In this document: piece after piece, positions 21,607 through 31,841 of the stretch | How positions within the stretch are numbered: position 1 is the stretch's first letter | How the letters are laid out: each line of letters opens with the position of its first letter | Origin: an uncultured Prevotella sp. | Lineage (GTDB): Bacteria > Bacteroidota > Bacteroidia > Bacteroidales > Bacteroidaceae | NCBI GenBank assembly: GCA_964587945.1 | Contig: CAZPNC010000006.1 | Location: forward strand, 8,792 to 72,791 | Direction of reading: 5' to 3' | Length of the DNA stretch: 64,000 nucleotides | The notes under the pieces: model-generated | Database searches by the model: none | The model's input: only the letters and a program-made list of their open reading frames with translations | What the model was told of the DNA's origin: nothing | Made by a program: the position numbers and the translations under genes

Positions 21607-23124
21607 ATGTTAGAAGAAAAAGATCTAAAACAGTTGGCAGAAAAAGGTATCAGCCGACAACAGATTGAAACTCAAATACAACAGTTTGAGAACGGTTTCC
21701 CCTTCCTCAAACTCGAAGCCACAGCGGCAATAGGCCATGGCATCATCGCACCTTCGGCCCAAGAAGCAGACAATTATGTCAAGGCGTGGGAGGTATACAA
21801 GGCTGAAGGCAGACAAATAGTGAAATTTGTACCTGCTTCAGGTGCTGCAAGCCGTATGTTCAAGGATATGTTCGCCTTTGTAGATGCAGACTATACAGAA
21901 CCACAAACAGACTTTGAAAAGAGGTATTTTGCCAACATAAAGGACTTCGCCTTCTACGAAGAACTGAACGAAGTATGCAAAGCCAACGAAGGCAAGGACA
22001 TAGACGCCCTGATATCCGAAGGGAATTACAAGGCGGTAGCAGCCAATATGCTGAGTACCCAAGGCCTCAACTATGGGCAGTTGCCCAAAGGCATGCTGCT
22101 GTTCCATAAATACAGCGACGGTGCACGTACGCCTATGGAGGAGCATTTGGTAGAAGGGGCACTTTATGCCGCATCCAAAGGCAAAGCAAACGTACACTTC
22201 ACGGTCAGCCATGAACACGTACCTTTCTTCAAGCAAAGGGTTGCCGACAAGGTGGAAAAGTACGAAGCCGAATTCGGTGTCAAGTATAACATCTCCTTTT
22301 CCGAACAGAAGCCATCAACAGACACCGTTGCCGTGAACCCGGACAACACTCTGTTCCGTAACAATGACGGTTCGTTACTGTTCAGACCGGCCGGACACGG
22401 TGCGCTGATAGAGAACCTCAACGAAATAGAAGCGGACATAATCTTCATCAAGAACATTGACAATGTGGTGCCTGACCGTCTGAAACCGGAGACTATACAG
22501 TGGAAGAAAGTCATTGCAGGGGTACTGGTGACTATGCAGAAGAAAGCCTTCGGCTACCTTAACGAGATAGAAGGAGGACGCTATGACCATGCAAAACTGG
22601 AAGAGATAATACGGTTTGTACAGCAAGAACTATGCTGCCGTAAAAAAGACATAAAGGAACTGGAAGATGCAGAACTCGTACTGTACCTCAAAAAGAAGCT
22701 CAACCGTCCGATGCGAGTATGCGGTGTGGTAAGAAATGTGGGCGAACCGGGAGGAGGACCATTCCTTACATACAACCAGGATGGCACCATATCTTTACAG
22801 ATTCTGGAGTCAAGCCAGATAGACAAGAGCAACAAGGAATACATGAAGATGTTCACCGAGGGCACTCACTTCAACCCTGTTGACCTCGTATGTGCGGTGA
22901 AAGACGTAAAAGGTAAAGCGTTTAACCTACCCGGATACGTAGACAAGACCACTGGTTTCATCTCTTCCAAGAGCAAAAACGGCAAGGAACTGCGTGCCCT
23001 TGAGTTGCCCGGACTGTGGAACGGAGCCATGAGCGACTGGTCAACGATATTCGTGGAAGTCCCACTCGGCACATTTAACCCTGTCAAGACGGTCAATGAC
23101 CTGCTGAGAGAACAACACCAGTAA
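21607..23124 (+). CDS. DUF4301 family protein
   Basis: KFVPASGAASRMFK, FRPAGHGALIENLN, FIKNIDNV, GEPGGGPF, THFNPVDLVC, ELPGLWNGAM, TFNPVKTVNDLL. Confidence 0.88.
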   Translation: MLEEKDLKQLAEKGISRQQIETQIQQFENGFPFLKLEATAAIGHGIIAPSAQEADNYVKAWEVYKAEGRQIVKFVPASGAASRMFKDMFAFVDADYTEPQTDFEKRYFANIKDFAFYEELNEVCKANEGKDIDALISEGNYKAVAANMLSTQGLNYGQLPKGMLLFHKYSDGARTPMEEHLVEGALYAASKGKANVHFTVSHEHVPFFKQRVADKVEKYEAEFGVKYNISFSEQKPSTDTVAVNPDNTLFRNNDGSLLFRPAGHGALIENLNEIEADIIFIKNIDNVVPDRLKPETIQWKKVIAGVLVTMQKKAFGYLNEIEGGRYDHAKLEEIIRFVQQELCCRKKDIKELEDAELVLYLKKKLNRPMRVCGVVRNVGEPGGGPFLTYNQDGTISLQILESSQIDKSNKEYMKMFTEGTHFNPVDLVCAVKDVKGKAFNLPGYVDKTTGFISSKSKNGKELRALELPGLWNGAMSDWSTIFVEVPLGTFNPVKTVNDLLREQHQ

Positions 23125-23140
23125 ACTCCGTTCAAGGGCG

Positions 23141-23578
23141 ATGGCTAACCACAACGACCTCGGACGCTGGGGCGAAGAGATGGCAGCGGAATACCTTTTC
23201 GACAAAGGTTGGTACGTAAGGCATCGTGACTGGCATAGCGGGCACCGCGACATTGACATCGTGGCGATAGACGGTGACATGACTACTTTGCTGGTTGTAG
23301 AAGTAAAGACACGCACAACAGCGGTGATGGGTGACCCTGACAAGGCAATAGATTCAGAGAAACGCAACAACATTATCAGTGCCGTTGCGGATTATGTGAG
23401 ACTCTTCCAGCTGGATTATCTTGATATCCGCTACGACACCATATCGGTAGTGGGAACGCCAGACAGCGGATTCACCATAGAACACAAAGAGAATGCCTTT
23501 GACGTTGTGGCCCGATTCCAATTTTATGAAGAAAAACGCAAGAGTGAATATTACAAAAAACATCCCGGCTGCTGGTAG
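23141..23578 (+). CDS. yraN: YraN (UPF0102) family nuclease-like protein
   Basis: LGRWGEEMAAEYL, DIDIVA, VEVKTR, RYDTISV. Confidence 0.88.
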   Translation: MANHNDLGRWGEEMAAEYLFDKGWYVRHRDWHSGHRDIDIVAIDGDMTTLLVVEVKTRTTAVMGDPDKAIDSEKRNNIISAVADYVRLFQLDYLDIRYDTISVVGTPDSGFTIEHKENAFDVVARFQFYEEKRKSEYYKKHPGCW

Positions 23579-23594
23579 CAGTCGGGATGTTTTT
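23556..23594. terminator. Bidirectional terminator overlapping the yraN 3' end
   Basis: AAAAACATCCCGGCTGCT-ggt-AGCAGTCGGGATGTTTTT. Confidence 0.8.
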
Positions 23595-23667
23595 GCTCTA
23601 ATATCATTCCGTCAAACGAACTGTTCTGTCTTCGTCATTTGACCAACATTCAAACCATTCATGGTGT

Positions 23668-26600
23668 TCATTCAAGATTTTTCAAGAACTCCACCTCTAT
23701 TATTTTAAGGGCACGCCGTCCCGAAACCTTCGTTTCGTCATTGCTGGCATCCATCTCCTTCACCGCCCCGAAGGCATCCTTGGTAGTGCTTTCGCCCACC
23801 ATGCGAATAGTATAATGCCGTGCTGCCGGAGCATTCTTCAATGGAATGTGTATATAACTGAGTGACTTCGGTGTCCAGCCTTCCCATACTTTCACACCGT
23901 CAGCATAGACAGCAATTGGATATGTGGTAGAACGGAAGTCCTTCATCTTCAAACATAGGTCATCAATGCGGGTCTCTTCGCAAAGGGTATATGTCACCCA
24001 AGCTGAGTCAAGGCGTCCGGCACTCTGCCAATCCGTGTTCTCATACGTATCAAAACTTTGGCTGACATCGTTACCACTACCTGCCTCGGCACTAAGAATG
24101 GCAACTCCCCTACGCCATGGAGTGAAAGATGGCGTTGCCGGTGTCTCCCCCTTGTCAAGAACAGAAGGCAGGCCGTCAGAAGGCATAAAAGTTGCAAGAC
24201 CGTCAGTAACGGTAACCGGTTGCGTGCGCAAAGCAAGTGTTGCGTCAGGCAACCCTTCCGCTTTAGCAGTCACAACGACTTCACCGGCCTTACGATATGA
24301 GCGCAGCATGACACGGTTTATGCCACATTCCACCGGCAAGGTATCCTGAAGCACATGATTCAAACTGGCTCTGACCTTCTCATCCACCTTCAAAGTCTCC
24401 CCATTCTGTTCTGCAGTTCTTGAGGTAAGTGATGCGCTATTGGTATAGAACTTATAGGGTTTGTTCTTGGCTATGCCGCCACGATACTCGGCAGAACCTT
24501 TGACAGAGAACTTGACCAAACGGTTATCAAGCGGACAACGCCGCCCTTCCTTATCCACAACCTCTACCTGTACGAGTGCCACATCATTGCCGTCAGCCTT
24601 CCATCCCGTAGGATTCTCTATGGCAGTCAGTTGCAAATGGTCAGCAATGCCTGCTGTAACCTTCTCATCACGGGAAAGAACAGTCGGTGTCGCAGACGTA
24701 TCTGAAGTGCCATAACCTATGGCTGTGAGTGTAGACGACTCATATTTCACATTCTTGAATGTCCAGAGGAAGCGATAGTCGTGGCTCGTTGGCAAAATAG
24801 TCTTGCCGTTCTGCTGAAGCACAACACTGTCTGCATTTGACACTACATATATAGTAGGGATGACAAAATCCTTGCCATAGTTCCAGTGTCCTACAATATA
24901 AGTCTGCGGCTTCAAGTCATCCACCCATCCGTTCCACATAACCTGATGTGCGAAAAAGGCATCTTTTGGCACGCGCATAGGGTCAACGACACCTGAAACG
25001 CGGTAGTTGTCAGCACTTCTTCCATGACTTTGCGTGTCACTGAATATTATCTTTGCACCGCCACTGTTGACCTTGGTGCCGGAACCTGGACGTTCCTGCC
25101 AGTATTCGTACCACCTGCGCACCAATTCTGCCACGAATTCGTCATTGTTATGGTTATAAGCATCAGCAGGAGCATCACGATATAACGGTCCGTCTCCTTC
25201 CGGATGATACGGGTAAGACCAGGCATTCCAGTACCAACGCAAGGCTTCGTCACGGCAATACTCCATCATCCACATCGGTTTCGTATCACTTTTGTTCACA
25301 TAAAGCATCTCTCCTCCATACTCAGCCTCCGGCTGGTCAAGCATCTCACGACATCCTATAGCACGGCCGCCGTTAGGGTCGAACTGGTTGCGCAAGGCCT
25401 TCATCTCACGCATGTGCTGCCCGGAGATGCGCTGGTTGCCACACTCATAGAACATGATACTCGGATTATTACGATTATAAATTATGGCATCCCGCATGGT
25501 CTCCATCCTCTGTATCCATCGCCTTCCGTCAACGTCGCGTTCGGCATCGCCTGCAGGCATCGCCTGTATCAGTCCTACACGGTCACAGCTTTCCACATCC
25601 TGCTTCCACGGACAGGTGTGCATCCAGCGCACAACGTTGCCGCCGGACTTGACCAACAGGCCATTGGAGTAGTCACTCAACCACGCAGGCACACTCATGC
25701 CGACTCCCGGCCACTCATTGGAAGTACGCTGGGCGTAGCCATGAACCATCATGACACGGTCGTTAAGATATATCATTCCCTGCTTGTACTCTGTCTTGCG
25801 GAAACCTGTCGTTGTCACCACGGGGTCTGTGCCGCCTGCGGCAGTGCCAGCATCTCCTGCAAGCGTGGTCTCGACATCATACAGATAACCATAGCCCCAA
25901 GACCAGAAGTGCAGACCGCCAACACGCTTCTCCGCACGCAGAGTTGCCGTTCCATGTGCTGGAATGACTTTTTCCGCGCCTTCAAAGCGACATAGCTCAC
26001 TGCCGTTTTTCTCGCGGACCACTATCCGCAGACTGCGTTTCACCGCCTTGTCTGTCTCATTGCGCACCTGACTCTCGGCACATATTGTGGCCTTACGCCC
26101 CGGCACATCATAATCCTTTCCATATACATACACACCTGTTGTACCGAGATTGGAGAACAGCGGCAGCGTCTGGTACACATCTTCGCACACATGCAGCTTC
26201 AGATTCTTAGGCAAACCGCCATAATTGACATTGAAAGCCTTGGTATGCCACTGGAACTTTGAGCCCGTGGTCTCCTCCTTATACTCCCACGAATTGTCCG
26301 TGCGCACCTCCATGAGGTTCTTGCCTTCCTTCAACCATGGTGTGAGGTCAAAGCCGAAAGCCATAGTCCCGTTTTCGGAAAGTCCAAGCCTGTGTCCGTT
26401 CAAGAACACTTCCGCTGCCTGCCGTGCGCCCTCGAACTCCACGAAAACGCGTTTGCCACGGGCTGATGCCGGCAGTTTGAACTGCTTGCGATACCATACT
26501 TCCGCAGTGGAAGTCTCATAGGTTGAAAGGCGGAAAGATTCATCCTCATTCCATGCATGGGGCAATGTCACCGTCTTCTTCTGTTTGTCTATCCTCCAAT

Positions 26601-26685
26601 CAGAATTGAAGTTGTAGGTCTCGCGCGCCTCTGTTCCGAGAGCCGAGAGAAGGGCTAACGCCCAAAGAAAGATTTTCTTGTTCAT
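23668..26685 (-). CDS. GH2 beta-galactosidase-like glycoside hydrolase (DUF4982-type domain)
   Basis: Signal peptide; WYRKQF, EFEGARQ, RNNPSIMFYECGN, MMEYCRDE, GVVDPMRVPK, IVGHWNY. Confidence 0.88.
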   Translation of the reverse strand: MNKKIFLWALALLSALGTEARETYNFNSDWRIDKQKKTVTLPHAWNEDESFRLSTYETSTAEVWYRKQFKLPASARGKRVFVEFEGARQAAEVFLNGHRLGLSENGTMAFGFDLTPWLKEGKNLMEVRTDNSWEYKEETTGSKFQWHTKAFNVNYGGLPKNLKLHVCEDVYQTLPLFSNLGTTGVYVYGKDYDVPGRKATICAESQVRNETDKAVKRSLRIVVREKNGSELCRFEGAEKVIPAHGTATLRAEKRVGGLHFWSWGYGYLYDVETTLAGDAGTAAGGTDPVVTTTGFRKTEYKQGMIYLNDRVMMVHGYAQRTSNEWPGVGMSVPAWLSDYSNGLLVKSGGNVVRWMHTCPWKQDVESCDRVGLIQAMPAGDAERDVDGRRWIQRMETMRDAIIYNRNNPSIMFYECGNQRISGQHMREMKALRNQFDPNGGRAIGCREMLDQPEAEYGGEMLYVNKSDTKPMWMMEYCRDEALRWYWNAWSYPYHPEGDGPLYRDAPADAYNHNNDEFVAELVRRWYEYWQERPGSGTKVNSGGAKIIFSDTQSHGRSADNYRVSGVVDPMRVPKDAFFAHQVMWNGWVDDLKPQTYIVGHWNYGKDFVIPTIYVVSNADSVVLQQNGKTILPTSHDYRFLWTFKNVKYESSTLTAIGYGTSDTSATPTVLSRDEKVTAGIADHLQLTAIENPTGWKADGNDVALVQVEVVDKEGRRCPLDNRLVKFSVKGSAEYRGGIAKNKPYKFYTNSASLTSRTAEQNGETLKVDEKVRASLNHVLQDTLPVECGINRVMLRSYRKAGEVVVTAKAEGLPDATLALRTQPVTVTDGLATFMPSDGLPSVLDKGETPATPSFTPWRRGVAILSAEAGSGNDVSQSFDTYENTDWQSAGRLDSAWVTYTLCEETRIDDLCLKMKDFRSTTYPIAVYADGVKVWEGWTPKSLSYIHIPLKNAPAARHYTIRMVGESTTKDAFGAVKEMDASNDETKVSGRRALKIIEVEFLKNLE

Positions 26686-26967
26686 ATATTGTTCGGTTTT
26701 TTATACTGTTTTTTATCTTAGGATTAATCTGTTGCCTGCCATGCAGGAATACCAATAATAGACATTCGGGGTCCTTTGCCTGCAAAATTACATACAATAA
26801 TCAAGAATCTATATATAAAATCGTCCATTTTCATGACATATAGTCCGCAACAAGCCATTATTACTGTGATTGGGACTATCAAGCAAAACAAGGAAGACTA
26901 CAAGGCAAGACATTATTCTTGCCACACGTTGCTTCCTACACGTTTTGGCGTCATAATACGCCTGCTT

Positions 26968-27055
26968 TGCAAAAGGGGCACTTTTACCTTGTGAATGTGC
27001 CCAAATAGCATTGTAATTCGGGCACGTTTACAAGGTAATTTGGGCATGATTGCAA
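26968..27055. repeat. Array 2 of the 22-bp-period repeat (4 units)
   Basis: tgcaaaaggggcacttttacct / tgtgaatgtgcccaaatagcat / tgtaattcgggcacgtttacaa / ggtaatttgggcatgattgcaa. Confidence 0.8.
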
Positions 27056-27166
27056 ACCACATGATACACAGAAAAGAAAAAACGGCATGGAACGCCATCA
27101 GCATCGCACTGCAACAATGATGGCACTCCACACCGCTTATCTTATGAAACGAGGTTCAATCCTGCA

Positions 27167-28942
27167 CTATTTCCCCAGATAACTGTTGACAATGGCATTG
27201 GCATCGGCTATGGTAATTTCTCCGTCACCATTCATATCTGCTGCTTCACGGTCAAAAGAGGCTACTGACAATCCGAGGTAAAAGTTGACCACGGCATTGG
27301 CATCGGCAACTGTCACGATGCCATCACCATTGACATCCCCACGTATGAGGTCGCCACCCATGAATTTGAAAGACACGCTGCCGTCGTATGCCATAGTAAT
27401 GTCGGTTATAGGCTTGTCTACCGTGCCCGTATATGCCTTGTAATCGGTAAGAGAAGTGACATTGAGGGTATCAGAGACCAATGGGAACGGGTCTCCCTTC
27501 AATTCCTGAACATACGCCTGACTGGTCAGATAAAGGGGATCGGCGGTATCCAAGCCCTTTCTATATGAAGTCAGCAACCTGCCGTCTGCAGGCACAATGG
27601 TGATGCCGGGAGAACCTTGTTCGTTGTTAGGACTGGAGAAATTGCTGAAAGTAGTGGTATCATAATTGATATGGGTAACAAGCATTCCTTGTTGCGGCAG
27701 GCCACAATACCATCCGGAATTAGAACCTGCAGGAACATTCTCCAATATCCAATACTCATTGCCTGTTTTATCATTGTCGCTCATTATGCGCACTCCTGCA
27801 CCACCGTCCTGCAACGGTACGAGCGTGACATCACAGCGTGTAGAGAGTGTATCCATCTTCTCCGTCCAACCCATGAGTTCCCTTTCCCAGGCCGTATATG
27901 GCGTTGGATAATAGCCATTGTTTATATTCTCACCGTCATCCATAAGATCCCATCTCTCCATGGATTGATTATCATACATAATACAATCAGACCAGCTTAC
28001 AGTCGGGTACATATCAGGCAGCCCAAGAGTATGACTGAACTCATGAGCCATCACTCCTACGCCGTACAGTGGAGCATGTTCCATACCTTGTGATTCATAA
28101 TAGCCCGGATATCCGGTGAGTTCCTGAGTCATTGCGTAGCGAAATACCTGCTTTCCACCATACTTACCAAAGTTTGCAGTACCTGATTTAGGCCAGATAA
28201 AGTCTGAGCTGCCGCCAAAATTCTCTCCGAAGCCTGCATAATAGATATACACAAGATCAACATAGCCGTCACCATCCGCATCATACTGCGTAAAGTCCAC
28301 GCCATCTGCAGCGGCCTTACTGCACGCATCTGACACGAGAGCGTAGTTATTGTCATTACCTCGTCCATAGTAGGCATAGCCATTGTCAAGGGTATATGGG
28401 CCTGCTATGTCAAACTGCGGACGGAACTGTCCGCCACTACAATCGTCAAAATACTGGGCAAGAGAACCAAAACTGCAATATTTATCTGCGGTATTGTATT
28501 CTTTAGAATTGAAAAGGTTGTCTACATCTGGCTTTGAAAATATGAAACTACAATCTGGAAATGCTACCATTATGACCAAAGCCTTCGGCGTTCCTGTATG
28601 GGGGAAAAGCCGATTGCCTGTCAAGGCTTCATTACTCATGACGGAAACGCCATCCAACTCTGCAAGCCTTGCCCGCTGTGAGACACCAGTCTGTAGTGAG
28701 ATGGCTTTGATATTCTCCTCCTCAAGCATTGTGGCATAGCGGTAAATTCCATTTTCATGTAATACAATCTTGCCATCAGCAGTAAGATAATAATGTAGGT
28801 TTTCATCACCGACAAGGCGCACCATGGTTTCATGTCCGTCTTGCAGGGTGACCAGAAACATGGTGGATACAGCCTTGGAGGCTTCTGCATTAACGGCAAT
28901 CATAACCATCAGTGACATGAAAATAGTCTTGATGTAGTTCAT
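27167..28942 (-). CDS. M6-family (immune inhibitor A-like) metalloprotease with C-terminal dockerin type I-like repeat
   Basis: HEFSHTLGLPDMY, WDLMD.G, YTAWERELMGW; C-terminal GDVNGDGIVTVADA ... ADMNGDGEITIADA. Confidence 0.88.
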   Translation of the reverse strand: MNYIKTIFMSLMVMIAVNAEASKAVSTMFLVTLQDGHETMVRLVGDENLHYYLTADGKIVLHENGIYRYATMLEEENIKAISLQTGVSQRARLAELDGVSVMSNEALTGNRLFPHTGTPKALVIMVAFPDCSFIFSKPDVDNLFNSKEYNTADKYCSFGSLAQYFDDCSGGQFRPQFDIAGPYTLDNGYAYYGRGNDNNYALVSDACSKAAADGVDFTQYDADGDGYVDLVYIYYAGFGENFGGSSDFIWPKSGTANFGKYGGKQVFRYAMTQELTGYPGYYESQGMEHAPLYGVGVMAHEFSHTLGLPDMYPTVSWSDCIMYDNQSMERWDLMDDGENINNGYYPTPYTAWERELMGWTEKMDTLSTRCDVTLVPLQDGGAGVRIMSDNDKTGNEYWILENVPAGSNSGWYCGLPQQGMLVTHINYDTTTFSNFSSPNNEQGSPGITIVPADGRLLTSYRKGLDTADPLYLTSQAYVQELKGDPFPLVSDTLNVTSLTDYKAYTGTVDKPITDITMAYDGSVSFKFMGGDLIRGDVNGDGIVTVADANAVVNFYLGLSVASFDREAADMNGDGEITIADANAIVNSYLGK

Positions 28943-29059
28943 AGAGAAATCTTTTTTTGTTGTTTAATCCGTACTTTACGTAAAAACAAAGAAAGGAAAC
29001 CGAAGGAGTCAAGGGCGTATCCCTTCACTCTTCCGACTTCCTTGATGATGTTTTATTCC

Positions 29060-31747
29060 TTAAAATCCAGCCTTATACCCGTCACGCTCCATCTCAAGTG
29101 ATGCCCAAATGAAAGGGCCTACGCCTTTAGCGTCATTGTCACGGATAGGTTCTGACATATAATAGTCAAATGAGCCGTCACGGTTAGGGCTTTTATTGGG
29201 ACCGAGTCCGCTGACAGCGCAGCAGCGTGTGAGGGAGATGGTCTTGTCATCGTTTACCTTTATAAAGGTATTGATGATTCCATTGTATGCCTTTACGCCT
29301 GCGGTCTTGAAGTCAATGGCATCTGCTCCTGCGGCTTTTGCGGCCTCACAGAGTGGTGAAGGTTTGACACCGGCTGCCCAGTTGTCCTTTGTTGGCAGAT
29401 AACCAAGGCGTGCGCCTTTCAGCAGACAGTAGGAAAACATACTGGAAGCGGTGGCTTCGAGGTAGTTTCTGTTGTCTTGCACATCCATAACGTCATACCA
29501 TAGTCCTGTTTTCTTGTCCTGATACTTCACGACTGCAGTCATAGCCTGTTGCAACATATCTATGACCTCACCGCGACGCGCATAGTTTTCGGGTAGTGCA
29601 TCGAGTATTTCGACCATCGCCATGGTAAACCATCCCATGGCACGGGCCCATGTATGCTGCGAGAGGCCGGTCTCTTTGTTCGCCCAGAACATAGTGTGCG
29701 TCTCGTCCCATGCGTGCTTCCACAGTCCTGTTTTGGCATCGTATGTACGTTTGAAGGTCTTTCCTATCTGGTCAACAGCATCGTCATAATACTTTGTTGC
29801 CTTTTTCTGACCGCGCAATTCCTCTGCTCCGAGAGTGTAGAAAGGCAGTCCCATGAAGATGCCATCAAGCCAAACCTGGTTGGCATAGATGGCTTTATGC
29901 CACCAAACGCCTTCTTTCGTGCGGGGTTGCTGTTCCAATTGCTTGAACAATGTCTGCAAAGCGATTTCAGAACCCTTATGCGGGAAGAGACGGTTGCTAC
30001 GCAATATGAAGCGTGCTGTACGCACATTGTCGAGGTTATAGTCCGCAAGCTTATAGCCGGTTATTTCACCTTTCTCGGTAATCATCTTCTTCGGATAGGA
30101 CGTTACATAGTCCTTGAAGATAGGATTAAGGTATGCCTGGTATGCGTCAAGGATACCTTCAAGCTCTATACCCATCACATAACTCCATTTACCATTCGGT
30201 CTTTTCTGCGGATCTGTGAAGTCAAGGTAGTATGACTGTGGCACTCTCTGCATCTCACTCCATGCCATCCATTCAGAATAATGGTTGAAAGGCGGCTGTG
30301 AAAGCACCAGTTCACCATTGATACGGAGATTGTTGAAGTTGATGTTATGGCTCTTTCCTGTACGGCGGACCTTCTCGTCTGTAACGCCATTGAATGTACA
30401 GTTCTTTACATTTATATTATATATGTTGTCGTAATCGTCCAGTCCATTGAGCAGAATGCCATACTTTGACTTCTGACAAGTTACGTTTTCCATATAGATA
30501 TTGCGCACAGTAGGGATAAAACCGCGCTTTGCCTGCTCTTTAGGTTCATAGACAAGGTTGATGCGCAGGACTGCTTCACGGCACTGTCCGACCTCAACAT
30601 TGCGCATATACACATTCTCTGTCACTCCGCCACGGCATGTATTGGTCTTTATTCGCAGCACACGGTCAAGGTTAGGAGAATCCATCTTGCAGTTTTCTGC
30701 AAAGACATTCTTCACGCCTGCACTTATTTCAGAACCTAGAACCACACCACCATGACCGTCAGCCATAGTGCATCCGCGGACAATTATATTCTGTGAAGGT
30801 GCCGGAGTGCGCCTGCCATCGGAATTACGGCCACTCTTTATGGCAATGCAATCATCACCTGTTCTGAAGTAACAGTTCTCTATCAGCACGTCCTCACATG
30901 ATTCCGGGTCACAGCCATCACCATTAGGGCCGTTGTTTATGACCTTGACTCTACGCACGGTAATGTTCTTTGACAGTGTGGGGGTAATGACCCAGAACGG
31001 TGAACGCAGCATGGTTACATCCTCAATGAGTATGTTCTTGCACTCATAAAAGTTCACTAATTGCGGTCGCATGCCATGACCTTTACCGAAGATACGTTCT
31101 TCTGTCGGCACGCCAAGGTCTGACATCTGCAATAAGGTATTACGGTTTGAAAGTACGTTGCCAAGCGAATCCTTTCCGAAACGGTCGTCACCGAACCAAG
31201 GCATAGCCTGACTCTGTGGGGTCTTGCCCTTCTCGAATCCGAATTTCGTGGCTCCACACCATTGCCACCATGTTTCGTTTTCACCATTACCATCAAGTGT
31301 TCCTTCACCGCTTATGGCGATATTCTCTGCCTGATAGGCATAGACACAAGGGGAATAGTTCATCAAATCCAGGCCTTCCCAGCGTGTTTTGACAAGTGGA
31401 TAAAGGTCAGGATTGTACGCAAAGAGTACAGTCGCCCCCTTCTCCAAACGGAGATTGACGTTGGACTGCATACGTATAGCACCGGTATTCCATGTTCCTG
31501 CCGGTACGACAACAACGCCACCGCCTTTCTTGGAACATGCTTCTATAGCGGCATTGATAGCCTTTTGGTTTTTTGCGGCATCAGCTTTGACTGATGCCCC
31601 GTATTTGGTTACAGGGTAAGTCTTGTCCTTGAATGTCGGGGCAACGATACGGCTCTCTATCTGTCTGTACAGAGTCTCATCCCATCCTTGGGCATTTACG
31701 GTAGCGACAGCAACCAAAGCCATTAATAAGTTCAACAGTTTCTTCAT
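29060..31747 (-). CDS. Bifunctional GH28 polygalacturonase - GH105 unsaturated rhamnogalacturonyl hydrolase
   Basis: N-half NGDGCDPE, GDDCIAIKSG, GHGG, RIKT; C-half YNLDN, WHK..Y..QVWLDG, HAWDE, WARAMGW, YLEATAS, NDAKGVGPF. Confidence 0.9.
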   Translation of the reverse strand: MKKLLNLLMALVAVATVNAQGWDETLYRQIESRIVAPTFKDKTYPVTKYGASVKADAAKNQKAINAAIEACSKKGGGVVVVPAGTWNTGAIRMQSNVNLRLEKGATVLFAYNPDLYPLVKTRWEGLDLMNYSPCVYAYQAENIAISGEGTLDGNGENETWWQWCGATKFGFEKGKTPQSQAMPWFGDDRFGKDSLGNVLSNRNTLLQMSDLGVPTEERIFGKGHGMRPQLVNFYECKNILIEDVTMLRSPFWVITPTLSKNITVRRVKVINNGPNGDGCDPESCEDVLIENCYFRTGDDCIAIKSGRNSDGRRTPAPSQNIIVRGCTMADGHGGVVLGSEISAGVKNVFAENCKMDSPNLDRVLRIKTNTCRGGVTENVYMRNVEVGQCREAVLRINLVYEPKEQAKRGFIPTVRNIYMENVTCQKSKYGILLNGLDDYDNIYNINVKNCTFNGVTDEKVRRTGKSHNINFNNLRINGELVLSQPPFNHYSEWMAWSEMQRVPQSYYLDFTDPQKRPNGKWSYVMGIELEGILDAYQAYLNPIFKDYVTSYPKKMITEKGEITGYKLADYNLDNVRTARFILRSNRLFPHKGSEIALQTLFKQLEQQPRTKEGVWWHKAIYANQVWLDGIFMGLPFYTLGAEELRGQKKATKYYDDAVDQIGKTFKRTYDAKTGLWKHAWDETHTMFWANKETGLSQHTWARAMGWFTMAMVEILDALPENYARRGEVIDMLQQAMTAVVKYQDKKTGLWYDVMDVQDNRNYLEATASSMFSYCLLKGARLGYLPTKDNWAAGVKPSPLCEAAKAAGADAIDFKTAGVKAYNGIINTFIKVNDDKTISLTRCCAVSGLGPNKSPNRDGSFDYYMSEPIRDNDAKGVGPFIWASLEMERDGYKAGF

Positions 31748-31841
31748 CAGGTTACAGTATTTTAGTTAGTCAGTGATTTGTAATTTATTATATACCCAAG
31801 CCTTTCCTAACACAGGAAAGACCTGGGCCAGAGAGTCATTG

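Noticed and set aside
25204-25995. Long antisense ORFs (263 aa here; also 4704-5336, 14920-15528, 29654-30235)
   Set aside because: Shadow frames of well-supported genes on the opposite strand, with no motifs.
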